From the human T2T-CHM13v2.0 reference genome, Homo sapiens: DNA of 64,000 nt. Under the pieces are notes generated by a model, which saw only the letters and a program-made list of their open reading frames with translations, had not been told where the DNA came from and did no database searches. Positions 1-15,945 of this stretch are shown in pieces. A program made the translations under genes and the position numbers. Numbering within the stretch: the stretch's first letter is position 1; each line of letters opens with the position of its first letter. The stretch is from NCBI RefSeq assembly GCF_009914755.1, contig NC_060926.1, one strand, 5' to 3'.

Positions 1-339
1 ATTTATGTAAACCTCTCAAATCAAGGCAAGAAGTGCAGTAGCATATTTCTTTCTGCATCATCAGTCAGTCATTTGATCAGGCTGCTGTCTCAGGGAGGCA
101 TGTCTTACCTGTGCCTTCCCTTTGGTACTTTCTAGGGTTGAGGTGCTTGTCTGGGCTCAGTTCCTGTGTTGCAGGATCCTCCATGGTATCTGTTCACTGT
201 TCCCCTCTGGTTTGTCACTGGCATTTTAATCTATCACCTGGATCACATTACTTACTCTCTTAATGCCAGTTGAGATAACCTCTAATACTGAGGATTAAAT
301 CTGAGAGCCTTACTTTTGTGTTGAAAGACCCTTCACTGG

Positions 340-520
340 GGTGTTCTTGATCCTAAAGCTACTCACAGTGAGGTCCACGGGCCAGCAACATGGCAACGTC
401 AACATCACCTGCGCTCCTGAGAAGTCTCTCCCCTGCCCCAGGTCAACTACATCAAAATCTGCTCATTAACAAGATGCCCAGGTCATTCGGATGCATATTA
501 CAATTGAGAAGTTCTTTCTA
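340..520. mobile_element. MER5A-like hAT DNA element fragment
   Basis: GTGAGGTCCACGGGCCAGCA..CATCACCTG..AAAATCTGC..TTAACAAGATGCCCAGGTCATTC..TTGAGAAG pattern. Confidence 0.6.
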
Positions 521-2410
521 GAAGCCTCACTGCTACCACCCCCACCATCATCATCGTCATCAACAGCCATGTCCTGTTGAGACATTTCTTTGCCTGCTCT
601 GATCTGAGTACCCTGCACACACCATCAACACGATCTTGTTTCATCCTCCCAAGGTCTCTGTGTGCTATGTACTCTTATTATTCCCATTAGCAGGTGAGGA
701 AGCTGAAGCTCAGGAGATCAAGTCATTTATGTGAAATTATCCGGGTAGGGAGCATAGGTAGCTTGAGTTCAATCTGAGACACTTTGCCTCTAGCATCCAT
801 TTCCCTCTCCCCTAGGCCTTCCTTCTTCCCTGCTGGCCAGGTCAGCTCACTCCATATTCATTTCATTTGCTTCCTTCTAGTCAGTCTGCAAAACTCCAAA
901 AGCAAAGCCACTGTGGAGGGAAGGCTGCTTCTTGGCGTGTTTTGTAAAAGAGCTTTGAATCTTAACATTATCTTAAAATAAGACTGAGTTGTACCCTGTG
1001 TAGATTTTATCTCTCTCAGCCCCAGAGAACAAGCTCTTTCTGCTGTTTCCAATTAAACTGGATGGCTTAGAGTTGCAGATTACCATCCCCCCGAGATGTG
1101 AACTCCTGGCTCTGTTGAAGTGGTGGAGTATCTTGGACTTGACCTTTGGAAGAAAATGTATATTTAAAGCTCTAATCTGAAAAAAAAAAAAAAAAAAAAA
1201 AAAAAACAGAGGAAGTAATACAACCTTGCAATGACATTGGTCTACAGTTTATCAAATTCTTTAAAGACCTCAAGGTCAGAATAGCTATAGCCTGTGTACT
1301 TGAGACCAAAAGTTAATTACAGGAAGATGATATCTGGCGTCTGGAAGAGGTTGAGGTCCATGATTTTCAGATTGATTACTGAACTTCTCTGCTCTGAGAG
1401 GATGCTCCCTCTAGAGAAGGACTGGGGCGTGGGGCGGTTGTGGCAGGGCGGGGAGCGGCTGGCCTGGGATAGAGGTTTGGTGGACCCTACTTCATTTTCA
1501 GCCAATTAGTACAGTACTTTCAATGAGTACTTTCAATCTTATATCATTTTATATAGTAGGCCCTAGGGTAACATTTTATTTAATGAGCCTTTCCTTCCTT
1601 GTAAAAAAAAAAAAAAAATTGTACATTAAAAAACAACTGAGCTAATCCTTCTCCATCCATTGCATTCTTTGCAGTTGAGGCTGTTGAGGCTCAGAAAGGC
1701 AAATTGACTTCCCCAAGGTCACACTTTGTTTTGACTGAAAGCTATTTCTTGTATTCCTCCTTTGAAAGCTCAAAAGCTGGGCTGGCCGCCAAGTCTGCTG
1801 GGCATTCGCTCCTCTGCTGTGTAGATCAGCCCTTATTATGTCCAGTGGCGCTGACCTGGGTATATTTCCTTTGCATTTAGGACTCCTTTGTATGTGTTTG
1901 GAAAGCAAAGCGCTGTTCAGGTGTTCATTGGCAGGGTTTAGTCAGTAAGTCATACATTCTCAATGTTCTTTTTCTTCCACCATGCAGTCAATCTGCATGC
2001 CTCCCCTTCTTCCCTGGTTTATTTAAACATTGAAGGCAGCCTTGCAAACAACACTTAATACTCCAATATCAGCAAGATAGAGTAGCTCTTCTGCAACCAC
2101 AAGGTTAAATGGCTGAAAAAATCCCATTTTAGGGAAATGTGCATTTAAAGAACTTACGACCTGAAAGGGAATATGGGGTTGGGAGCCTGAGATAATAAGG
2201 AGCCCTAGGAAAACCTTTTTTAAAAAAAACTTTCAGAAAAATAAACTAATAAATAAGAGCCTCTCATGAGGAATATCAGTAACATTTTGCAGCTAGTAAT
2301 AATGGGTAATAATAATGTGGGTAATTTTCATTTTATCATTTCTTGTTTGTCAGACACTTCTTCATTTGCTGTGTGACAGATGAGATGCATGCTAAGAAAC
2401 ATTTTATTTC

Positions 2411-2700
2411 TTTTTTTTTTGAGACGGAGTCTCGCTCTGTCGCCCAGGCTGGAGTGCAGTGGCGTGATCTCGGCTCACCGCAACCTCCGCCCCTCCAGGT
2501 TTAAGCAATTCTCTGCCTCAGCCTCCAGAGTAGCTGGGATTACAGACATGTGCCACCATGCCCGGCTAATTTGTTGTATTTTTAGTACAGACAGGGTTTC
2601 ACCATCTTGGCCAGGCTGGTCTTGAACTCCTGACCTCGTGATCTACCTGCCTCGGACTCCCAAAGTGCTGGGATTACAGGCATGAGCCATCGCGCCTGGC
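2411..2700 (-). mobile_element. AluS
   Basis: Full Alu reverse complement with TSD GAARCATTTTATTTCT on both sides. Confidence 0.92.
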
Positions 2701-3034
2701 TGAAGCATTTTATTTCTAAGAGTGGCTCTCCTCAAAGTCTGCCATCAAAGCCTAGGCCATCAGCTCTTTTGCTGGCTAGTCAGAAATGTAGAGGTAGAAT
2801 TCTGGAACTTGGTTTCATTGGCCTCAGCTTTTGCTCCTCTCTTCTCTGCCATTCTATTTTACCTACCATTTCTAACCACTATTTCTTCCTTTTCTAATTG
2901 TTCCCAGTAGGAACAACACACACACTGGAACTGAAATTCCTACTATTTCCAAAGATGTATTGAAGTCACACACACTGAGATTTACTACAAAGGAAACTCA
3001 TCCTTCTTCTAAAAAGACAAATATGTGTTGTTTT

Positions 3035-3520
3035 ATGTTTTAGTGCAGCATTATTTACAATAGCAAAGACTTAGAACAAACCCAAATGCCCATCAATGAT
3101 AGACTGGATAAAGAAAATGTGATACATATACACCATGGAATACCATGCAGCCATAAAAAAGAATGAGTTCATGTCCTTTGCAGGGACATGGATGAAGCTG
3201 GAAGCCATCATTCTCAGCAAACTAACACAGGAACAGAAAACCAAACACCACATGTTCTCACTCATAAGTGGGAGTTGAACAACGAGAACACATGGACACA
3301 GGGAGGGGAACATCACACACCGGGGCCTGTCAGCGGGGTGGGGGGCAAGGAGAGGGAGAGTAGCAGGGCAAATACCTAATGCATGCGGGGCTTAAAACCT
3401 AAATGATGGGTTGATAGGTGCAGCAAACCACCATGGCACACGCATACCTGTGTAACAAACCTGCACGATCTGCACATGTATCTCAGAATTTAAAGTGAAA
3501 TTAAAAAATAAAATAAAAAA
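3035..3520 (+). mobile_element. 5'-truncated L1PA 3' end
   Basis: Canonical L1 3'UTR (GGATGAAGCTGGAAGCCATCATTCTCAGCAAACTAAC..), A-tail, and a degenerate flanking direct repeat AAGACAA..TGTTGTTTTAT. Confidence 0.92.
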
Positions 3521-5458
3521 GACAAGTACATGTTGTTTTATTTAGGTACATCTAAGCCCCCAAGAATTTAAAGGGAAGTATTGGCTCTCAAGCGATTTAA
3601 TCATGTATACAGAGAAGTTATCTAAGAAATCCTTGGGGTGTCATCTATATATGCTGATATTTTAAACTTCACCTTTGGTTATTCTGTTCCTCAGAAGAGT
3701 TGGAGAATAGTTAGCTTTTCCCTCAAAAAACAAATTCCTGAGAGATTGTAATAAAGCCTGTCTAAAGATATTAGTTAGTGATATGTAGCACTAAAGCAGT
3801 TTGCTATCACTTTTGGTGGTCTTTTCAATTGTTTACTAGGTCTCAGGTCGGTCTCTAGAGTAGGGTAATGATGGTTGCTGAGTACTTATAATGTCATATA
3901 ACACTTGGGTATCATGAAATGATAGCAGCGAGGCTTTTGTTAGAGTTCGGCAAAATTTATCCTTGTAAAGCTTCAAGGCTGGAAAGATTACCAGGTGTAT
4001 CTGGTAGCTGATGGGCTAAAATAACAAACCTTTATGTGAAAAGGAGCTCTTTATAGGGTGTGCCTCAAGGTCAGGCCTATTGGATTGTATATTTGTAAAC
4101 AGAACCTGCCGAGATTAGTCCTTACCTCAGGCAGTTCATGATTCCGCTCTAGAGAGAGGCATTTGTCACTTAACTTGTCTCGGACCCTTGTCCTTGTTTT
4201 GCAAATGCAACCATGGTATCTTAGCAGAGAGGTGAAACTCTACACTTCCTTATCTAATTCATTTGTGCATTATTGTCATTCCTGTTTAGGATGAATGTAT
4301 TGCCATTCTCTTTCAATTGAATTCACTTGGAAGTAAAGTTTATCCCTGGTGGGAGACCCCTTTTTAGATTACATGTACTTACCCCTGACCAGTAACTGTC
4401 TCCCGGTAGTCCTGTGCACTGCTCGGCTTGAGACTGAATTCTTATGCTTATCATGACTCCTTTGGATGAATCTAGATCCATTCCCAGAGAGGAGTGTCAA
4501 CTTTCCCTCAGGGCTATGTTGGGGAGGTAGAGCTGCTGGAACAAAACTGGGAACCTCTTAGTGAGGTAAAAGAGAGGAATGCATACTTGATAGCCAATAG
4601 TGTCAAGTACAGTTATGTTCTTGCAGTTTCCAAGGTCATTTTTTTTTATTTCTGAAGTATAAAAGTACTCTCAGCCTTTTTAAGGCCTTAAATACAACAA
4701 TGATCCTTTAAAAATTTATTCCCCCAAATTGTGCTCTTCCCCCCTCTCCCATAAGAGTTCCTTGAAGCAGACATCACACCTGGCTCTTCCAAGTATGCTT
4801 AGCACTTAGCACAGAATGGGCATCATAGGCACAGAATGAATATTTACAGGATAAATACATAAACAAATGTAACTTGTTTTCTGAAATCCCCCGGGATTCC
4901 AGAACCTCAGACTTTGTGTAGAGCAAAACAAAACAAAAATCCAGATCTCTAAGAGTCTTGAGAAAAATCTCCCTGTAACAGTGTTGTCTCTTTTTCTCTC
5001 CTATTTTAGTGTTGGCATTTTACTTTGATTTTATTTTTATAAAGTTTACGACTACCTTAAGTAGGATTAAAATTATGCTTTTTAGTTTCATGTAACAGGG
5101 TGACCATGTTATTGTTTTTTAAGTTGTTAAGATCCCATAATATAAAGGTGTTTACCATATTTTTTACTAGATTGCTGATTTTCTGTTTTAATTCCCTAAG
5201 TCTTTCTTTTCTGCCCACTCCCAGGGTAAGTAGGAAGAAAAGGATGATAAAAAATGAGAATGCATTTTAACAGGTCTTGTGTGTACTTTCTGCTAAGCAT
5301 TTCTCACACCATCATTGTGATGGGTTAACTTCATTAGTCCCATTTAAAAGATGAATTTGTAAGGTTCGGAGGCAAGTGATTTTTCTAACATCTTTGTATT
5401 AGTTATCCATTGCTGCTGTAACAAATTACCACAAACTTAGTGGCTTAAAATGCAAATT

Positions 5459-6414
<956 letters not shown>

Positions 6415-6737
6415 GATTTATTCTCTTATAGGTCAGAAGTCCAAAGTGGATCTGATTTAGCCAAAATGAAGGTGTCAGCTAGGTGGTATTTCTTCTGGAG
6501 GCTGGAGGGAAGAATCTGACTCCTTGCTTTCTTCCAGCTCCTAGAGGCTGCTCTCCAGATTCCTTGACTCGGGGCCACTCTCTCCATCATCAAAGCCAGC
6601 AGCTTAGCATCTTCAAATCGTTCTCTGACTCTGACCATTCTGCCTCCTCCTTCCATTTCTAAAGAAAATTCTTGTGATTAGGTTGAGACCACCCAGAAAA
6701 TCCAGAATAATCTCCCCATCTCAAGATTATTAATTTG

Positions 6738-7340
<603 letters not shown>

Positions 7341-7786
7341 AAGATCATTAATTGCATATTTCAAGTCTCTTTTGCCCTGTAAGGTAATATATTCAGTTCT
7401 AGGATTTAGGACATAGAAATCTTTGAGGGAAGCATTACTCTGCCTATTGCAGAGACCCATATAATGTCCTAACAGAATTGACTTTCTCCAGGTTTCTAGC
7501 TCTCTGCATATACAAGAAAAAAGTTTTTGGCTTTTTTTGTGTGTGTCTTCTCCTGGTACTTCTGTCTTGGATATTGCTTATTTAATTTTACAAAAAATTC
7601 ACAGCCTCTGTGTTTGTTTGAATAAATTGAGGTTGAAAAGTGTTCAGCCACAGCAATGATACCTTAATAACATAATGGGAGAGGAGACAGCGTCTTGGCA
7701 ATTGAGACCTGTGAGTTTTAGACAGAGATGTTTAAAACTTGACATATTGCATGAACTCACAGAGTCTTCTAACTTTTGTCTTTTAG

Positions 7787-7945
7787 GCTTATGTACAGAA
7801 GTACGTCGTGAAGAATTATTTCTACTATTACCTATTCCAATTTTCAGCTGCTTTGGGCCAAGAAGTGTTCTACATCACGTTTCTTCCATTCACTCACTGG
7901 AATATTGACCCTTATTTATCCAGAAGATTGATCATCATATGGGTT
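7787..7945 (+). CDS. SGPP2: SGPP2 internal coding exon (exon 2), 159 nt, AYVQKYVVKNYFYYYLFQFSAALGQEVFYITFLPFTHWNIDPYLSRRLIIIWV
   Basis: Acceptor cttttgtcttttAG ends at 7786 and donor GTaagt starts at 7946. The 53-codon open frame matches the recalled SGPP N-terminal region (LGQEVFYITFLPF..WNID) and joins the next exon in frame. Confidence 0.95.
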
Positions 7946-8126
7946 GTAAGTATTATTACTACTCATTAACTGATGCTACTTCTAAAACAACTACTTCCTT
8001 TGATACTCAAGTACTTTGCAAATATGTTCTTTCTTTTTTTTTTTTTTTACCACTTAGAGTTGAATTTGTTGCCTAATTTCCTTTGGAAAAATTAGAAAGC
8101 AATAGACACAACTTGTGTTCCCTGAA

Positions 8127-8505
8127 CAGTAAGGGAATTGTAGAAAGGTAAGCTGGGGGACAGTGGCTGGTTGTCCTTTAATGATGCCTACATCTTTGCA
8201 GAATTCAGGACTCTCCCAAAATTCTAATCTTGTGGCCTTTCATTAGTCTTACAAAGGTGGTTTTCATCCCCCAACAGGGAGAGGACCAGTTTTAGGGAGG
8301 GACAATTATCATCCTTGCTTCAAAGTTAAACTAAACTAAAAGCCAAGGTGGGCGGATCACCTGAGGTCAGGTGCCTCCCAGGTTCAAGCGATTCTCCTGC
8401 CCCAGCCTCCCAAGTAGCTGGGACTACAGATGTGCACCACCACACGCGGTTATTTTGGTATTTTTAGTAGAGATGGGGTTTCACCATGTTGACCAGGCTT
8501 ATCTC
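8127..8505. repeat. Local duplicate of 5786-6026 (direct) followed by an inverted Alu segment (8372-8505)
   Basis: Direct visual alignment of about 240 bp that includes the same LTR8/Alu junction. Confidence 0.92.
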
Positions 8506-9895
8506 TTACTGCTATGAACACAACTTGTTTTATTTGTAAAAACCAAATCTGTGATTTTGTGTACTTTGAGATATACTTTCCCAAGGGTAGATCAAAGTAG
8601 GAGAGGGCATAAGTGATGACCAGAGAAGAAAGGAACCTTTCTAAGGACCCATAGAGTGGTATGAAATGCATCCTCCCAAGAGGCCTATTTTAGTAAAATT
8701 TGATCAGAACCTAAAATCAGAAGCTGTTGAGCAATACCTCCAAGCAGTATTAAGTGATTATACACATGGGAGAGGCCAAAACACATAAGGCAAAGCAGCT
8801 TCCTTGAGAGAACGTCTAGTGTAGCAGGAGCAGCTGCAAATACACAGAAACCATATGACAATCCCAGGTAGACAGGCAGAGCCTTTTTCTGCTGTTTCAC
8901 TGGTAACCCTGGCATTTAATTTTGTTCAGGGCCAAATGAGTTCTGATTTTGTGTCTCATTGAAGGAGATGGTAGTCATTTGCAAGGCAGCAAGGCATACT
9001 CCAGATATGTAGGTTTGGTATCAGAGAGGCCTGAGCTCAAGTACAGTCCAGGCCCCATCTGTGTGCCCTTGCGCTGAGCCTTACCTTCCTCATTTGTAAA
9101 ATTGTGTGAATAATGTGCCTCCCCAGAATCATCGTGGGAATATCTAGAGTGTGCACAGAGCTCTAGGCCTGGCATGTGGAGGACTCTGCAGGTTGCTATT
9201 TGAGCATGATAACGCATAGTGACTGGTGCATGAAGGCGAAGGAGTCTTGAAGATCAACCAACTCTAAGGTCAAAGGTTATTTAGCTGGTGGAGGGAACTT
9301 CCAGACAAGACTGTTGCCCTGACTCAAGATTCTGCACTAGAAATAGAGGTTCAGAAGCACTTGGTTGGGTATAAAAGAGAAGATTTTAGCAAGTGACTTT
9401 CCTATGGTGAGCATTATGTTTTCTCATTTGTAGAACAAGTAGAATGGACTTGATCAGGGGTCATAAATTCGAATGTTCTCAGGGGCAGGGGACAGAAATA
9501 AAGCAGCAATGTCCTGGGCCAGGGTGAGGGGTGGCAAGGGCGGGGTATCCACACAAATTCTTCACCAGGTGGTGACAGAGGGACTAGGGAGCAACTGCCC
9601 CTGGCTCCACCTGGGACTTCAAATCCCTGTCTCCCAATAGCCCTCTTTTGAAATCTAGCTTCTGTCTAAAAGTATAATCTGAGAGTCTGCAAAAGCATAG
9701 GCATCTTGCAAATCATAAAGAGAACGTTAGTCCAGTTGTCCCTCCCCGTTTCTGAGGCCACTTCTGTGTCCACGGAGCAGGCAGGATGGGGGCAGGAGAG
9801 AGAGAATGGGAGTGGTCCTTCTGTTCTTAACATCTGAAAACCCTTGGAAAACCTATGGGCTTGAGTTTCTTTCCTACTGTCGTTTATTTTCTAAG

Positions 9896-10826
9896 ATGTG
9901 TGTGTGTGCGTGTGTAAGGTATAACTGTATATATATGTATGTGTGTATATAGGTGTGTGTGTATATGTATGTATATAGGTGTGTATATATGCGTATGTGT
10001 GTATACAGGTGTGTGTATATCCGTGCGTGTATATAGGTGTGTGTATATGTGTATGTGTGTATATAGGTGTGTATATGTGTATATATAGGTGTGTGTATAT
10101 ATGTGTGTTTATTGTATGTATATAGATGTGTATATATGTGTATTGGAGTATATAGGTGTGTATGTATGTATGTATAGTGTGTATATGTGTATATATAGGT
10201 GTGTGTATATTTTGTGTATTTATGTGTGTATGTATATAGGTGTGTATATATGTGTATGTGTGTATAGGTGTGTATATATGTGTGTTTATAGATATGTATA
10301 TATTTGTGAATGTATGTATATAGGTGTGTATATATGTGTATGTGTGTGTATATAGGTGTGTATATATCTGTGTGTGTGTATAGGTGTGTGTATATGTGTA
10401 TGTGTGTATATATGTGTGTGCATAGGTGCATATATATGTTTATGTATATAGGTGTGTATATACATGTATGTGAGTATATAGGTGTATATGTATGTGTGTA
10501 TGGGTGTGTATATGTGTGTATATAGGTGTGAGTATATATGTGTGTCTATGTGTGTGTGTATAGGTGTGTATATATGTGTATGTGTGTATATAGGTGTGTA
10601 TATATGTGTATAGGTGTGTATATATGTGTGTTTATAGGTATGTATATATGTGTGAATGTATGTATATAGGTGTGTATATATGTGTATGCATGTGTGTATA
10701 TAGGTGTGTATATATGTTTATGTGTATATATATGTCTGTGTATATATGTGTATTTGTGTTTATAGGTGTGTATATATGTGTGAGTGTATGTATATAGGTG
10801 TGTGTATATATATGTGTGTGTGTGTG
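9896..10826. repeat. Degenerate (TG)n/(TA)n tandem repeat with a recurring TATAGGTGTG core
   Basis: About 930 bp of almost uninterrupted purine-pyrimidine alternation. Confidence 0.97.
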
Positions 10827-11386
10827 TTCTAAATCCCAAAACTTTAATAATTGTTGAGTGGGGCAGATGATGAGAAGTACATTACACAGGAATATCTTAT
10901 AATGTGTTTGATCTGCTCATGGCCAATTATCTCCCCCACTGAGGGTGGAAAACTTTCCCTGAGAGCTGGGAAGACCTCTAGACTCTATAGAAGGCTGTGG
11001 CTAGGGGACACTCTCGTTGCCATTATTGGTGGTTATTTTCTGCTTCGGATTCCTCACTTCAAAGCGTCAGAGTGCTTGTCTGAGGCAAAATGACAAGCTT
11101 TTGTCATAGAGTGAGGCAAATAAAATCTTTGCCCAAGAAAGGAAGAAATAACCTCTGAATCTGCAGTTTGTCCTGAGGTTTGGCCACCTGTTACTTGACT
11201 TTTTAAAATCGGTGCATGGCCTGGTTCACCAGTCCCCCTGTGCTGAGAGTTCTGTAGTTATTCTGTGTGGTCATTGTAAGGAAGTGTGAGAAGCGTAAGG
11301 TAATGTGAGAAGGCAGTGTGAGAAGCGTAAGGTAGTGTGTGCGTTCCTGCCAGTGCCTGGGGAGAGAGTGGAGGCCATTCCAAGGG

Positions 11387-11512
11387 GCGAGAGGGAGAGA
11401 GGGAGAGAGGGAGGGAGGGAGGGGGAGAGGGAGGTGCGGGTGTGCTTGCGTGTGTTTGTGCATCTTCGTGTATGTGCATGCATTTGTGTGTGTGTGTGTG
11501 TGTGTGTGTGTA
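11387..11512 (+). repeat. GA-rich tract (GGGA)n followed by a (TG)n microsatellite
   Basis: Directly visible. Confidence 0.9.
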
Positions 11513-12503
11513 TACGTACGCGTGTTGGGATTAGGGGTGCTCTCTGATGGGCTACAGAGACAATAATGAGAGATATTTGGTTTGCCTCCAGAGTTGAAGG
11601 TGGATGAAAGGAAGGGCAAGTCCCGGAGGTTGGGGCGGATTTGGGAGCCTGGGGTGGTTAAGGGTTAGGTTCTGGTACTTGGGCCAGCCAGGGCAATCAG
11701 CTTCCTGCTGAGGCAGCCTTTCTTCAGAAAACGATATCCCTAAATTAGTGGCTGCTTCTTCAAAGGGGTAGGGATTAAGAAATGTTAATTACATAAGGGA
11801 CAGAGCTTGAAGTCTTGTAACTGAACATCTTATCTCGCCCAAAACTCACTGGAAGGCAACTTTGTTCAGGACTGCCAAAGCTTGGCACATTTTATATTAA
11901 TTTGGGAATTGTCACTGGATGAAGCCCCTATATAGGTTTTATTGCTTTTAAAAATCTTGTGTTACATTAAGGGTGACTCACACTGTCTGAAGTAGCTTAG
12001 CAGAATTTATGGTTGTTATCAAGTGCTCTCTCCTCACAATCATAATTAGTCCTCACCTGTATTGTACATCTTTTGTTGCTTTTATAGGCATCTATGTTCA
12101 TTATCTTATTTGAGCTTCATAACAATGGGCAGTATCATTTTTTAGATTGGAATAGTAATATTTCAAATATTGATAAGCCATACCCTATATTGAGCATTTA
12201 GTATATATGCCATTCGCTGTCAGAGTGCTTTACATATTTTACTTCACTTAATCCTACCAGCAATACTGAGAAATAGTTATTACCAGCCCACTTTACAGAT
12301 CCTGAAACTGAAATGTAGAAAGGTTAAATAACTTGCCCAAGATCACACTGGATTAAATGGCAAGGTGGATTTGCTCCTGCGCCCAGGCCTTGTCTACCAG
12401 GGGAAGCTGCCGTGGTTGTTTCTTAGAAGAACGCAGCTAAGTAGCATAAGGAGCACAATATTTTTTAAAGATGCTAAAACTGGGGCTTCAAGTATTACAA
12501 TGA

Positions 12504-12917
<414 letters not shown>

Positions 12918-12936
12918 TCTTATCTACCCTTCTTAA

Positions 12937-13066
12937 CCCATTTATGCCTAGTGTTCCATTATTGGAACGCGAAGCTTGTGGGAGTTATTTATATCCTACT
13001 GCTCAAGGTCATCGCTAAGGTCTGATTTTTCACACACAAAAATTTGCAACCTCCAGCATAAATGGG
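12937..13066. mobile_element. MER85 (non-autonomous piggyBac, PGBD3-derived)
   Basis: TTAA on both sides, TIRs CCCATTTATGC..GCATAAATGGG, and internal palindrome GTTCCATTATTGGAAC (12953-12968). Confidence 0.92.
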
Positions 13067-14024
13067 TTAACAAACCTTAACAAACCCCACAGTATGGAAT
13101 AAGCTTTTGTTAAATTAACTGAAACACATCAATCAATTCACTAACTTCTCTCCTCTGTCCTGTATCAAGGTTTTTAACCTATCTTTGGGCTCAAAAGAAT
13201 TTTAGACATTGAGCCAAAAAAGACAGCAAATGGATTTTCTGATTAGAATGCTTATAAAGAGATATTGAGGATGATGTTTCAGAAGATGAGTCACTACCCC
13301 ATGGCATGATTATCTAATCTCTTCACTTTCATTTTGGCATGGTGACAGACCTAACAAAAAAATAAAAGCTTTAAAGTTATATTTCTGTATCTTTAAAAGG
13401 TTAGAGGCAACTTCACTGAACTTGGGAGGTATTTAGTTTTGTAACATGAGGCAAAATCTCACTCACTTTTTTGCTAAATTCCTCATTTTGTGAAATAGCA
13501 ATGCAAACATTGACACCGCAACTCATCCTGGGAGTTTGGAAGCCTCATTTTCTCTGTTTTATTGTGATATTTTACACTGATATTTCTTTCCACGGATACT
13601 TCATGGCATTCATAATGAGATGTAGAAAAAATGAGATAAACAGATACAAAGTGAAAGTAAGGAGAGCACAGATACAATAGAAGATGAAAGCCCAGGCTAA
13701 AGTGAAGTGTGGCATGCTGGTTCAAAGGTGAGCCACAGATTCATATTTGAGCTTTGTCTTGACCGACCAAAATGAAGTTATGCTATCCACTAGGAAATCA
13801 TAAGCCTGTTTCTAAGAGAGCAAACCTTTTCCTGACTCGTGAAATTGATAGTGTATTGTCAAGGCTAGTGATACATGTTGCTCAATTATTTTCTCAGAAA
13901 TATCTGGTGTCAGTACCCGCTTATCATCTGTGTGAGAGTACTCATTCTGACTCCTTTTCCTGAACTTTCGGTGTTCTCATTTTTAAATCATTGCTAATTT
14001 AACCAAAGAAAAATGGTATTTCCA

Positions 14025-14478
14025 TGCGTATATTCATTGCAGCACTATTCACAATAGCAAAGTCATGGAATTAACCTAAATGCCCATCAATAATAGACTG
14101 GATAAAGAAAAGGTGGTACATATGCAGCCATAAAAAGGAATGAGATCATGTCCTTTGCCAGTACATGGATGGAGTTGAAACCATTATCCTCAGCAAACTA
14201 TCAGGAACAGAAAACCAAACACTGCATGTTCTCACTTATAAGTGGGAACTGATTGATGAGAACACACAGACACGTGAGGGGGAACAACACACACTGGGTA
14301 CCTGTTGGGGGTTGGCAGGAGGGAGAGCATCAGGAAGAATAGCTAATGGATACTGGGCTTAATACCTAGGTGATGGGGATCTGTGCAGCAAACCAAAATG
14401 GCACATGTCTACCTATGCAACAAACCTGCATATCCTGCACGTGTACCCCGACCTTAAAATAAAAATTGAAATAAAAAA
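14025..14478 (+). mobile_element. 5'-truncated L1PA 3' end
   Basis: L1 3'UTR motifs; TSD-like AAAGAAAAATGGTAT / AAAGAAAAATGATAT. Confidence 0.9.
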
Positions 14479-15604
14479 GAAAAATGATATCTCAGTTAAC
14501 TTCCAGTTCATATATAATTAGTGAAGATGAAAACATTTTTCATACTTTTATTAATCATTTGTATTAACTTGTATGAATTGTCAGTCTGCCTTGTATTTTT
14601 TTAAAAGGGGCTTTCATTTTTTATTGATTTCCACCAGTTGTTAACGTAGAATGATACTGAATTTTCTGTGTCTCAGAGGCAGTGTATCTTTATATGTAAG
14701 ATGTTTAGAAGTTCAAGACTTTGAGAAGTGGTATTTAATTCTATAGTATCATCAATAGTGACCTAGGAAAATCCTTTAAAATGGAATTTGAATGCTTTTA
14801 TACTGAGTGCTCACTTTAGGCACAGACCTCACCATTCCCTTTATGTCTTACCCTTTATGACCTCCCAGGTCCTTTACAGGCCATTTAATGTGGGACTCCT
14901 GTCCTCGGGCACTTAATGTTTCTGGTGTGTAGTTTCCCTGCATAAAAGAGCTTACTGTGGGGGGTGACCAGCCCTTAGAAAACCTGGTACATGCTGCCTG
15001 AACTCCAGTAAAGTTAAAATTTGTTTCTGAGTTTCTTCTTGATTTTTTTCCCCATTTGTAAGATTTGTTTTTTCACCTAACATCAAAAGACATATTTCCC
15101 ACCATTCTAACATAGCATGGTTATTTTTAAGTAAGTGTTATTGTAACTGAACTGTTATTATGGCTTTTCTGATTATGCTGAAGCTCTGGTTGTCCCTGAG
15201 AGTTTCCAGACAGGGTTAATCTCTCTTCTAATAATTATTGGCTTTTGATCATCTCCCAGATTGGAAGCAAGGAGTACCTGTGTGAGAAGAGGGTGGGGCT
15301 GCTTCTACTTCACCAGCAGCTTTGAGGTTTGGTCAGAAGTTTCTGGTCCTATAATACCATGAAAGGAGCACCAGGCTGATGTAATATAGGTAGTGTTTCT
15401 TAGCTTTCAGAAACAGAGACCCACTCAAGCTAACTCAGGAAAGTAGGAATTTGCTGTAAAGTGATGGAAAATCTAAGAACCAGAAGCTCACAGGAACAAA
15501 TGCTAGTGAACAGTTTGGCTGTCTGCTATAATTCAATTGTGATTTTCCTGATATCTTCTTCTTTATCTCCTTCTGTTGGCTGGTTACTTTCTCAACTGTC
15601 TTTT

Positions 15605-15945
<341 letters not shown>

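Noticed and set aside
1179-1206. Orphan A28 run as a retro-insertion tail
   Set aside because: No element body or TSD is visible; treated as a mononucleotide microsatellite.
7675-7908. 77-aa ORF overlapping exon 2
   Set aside because: It is in a different frame from the spliced SGPP2 exon and has no independent support.
9874-10839. Long H/Y/T/I-rich and C/V/Y/M-rich ORFs (up to 185 aa)
   Set aside because: They are translations of the TG/TA repeat, open only because the repeat lacks stops in some frames.
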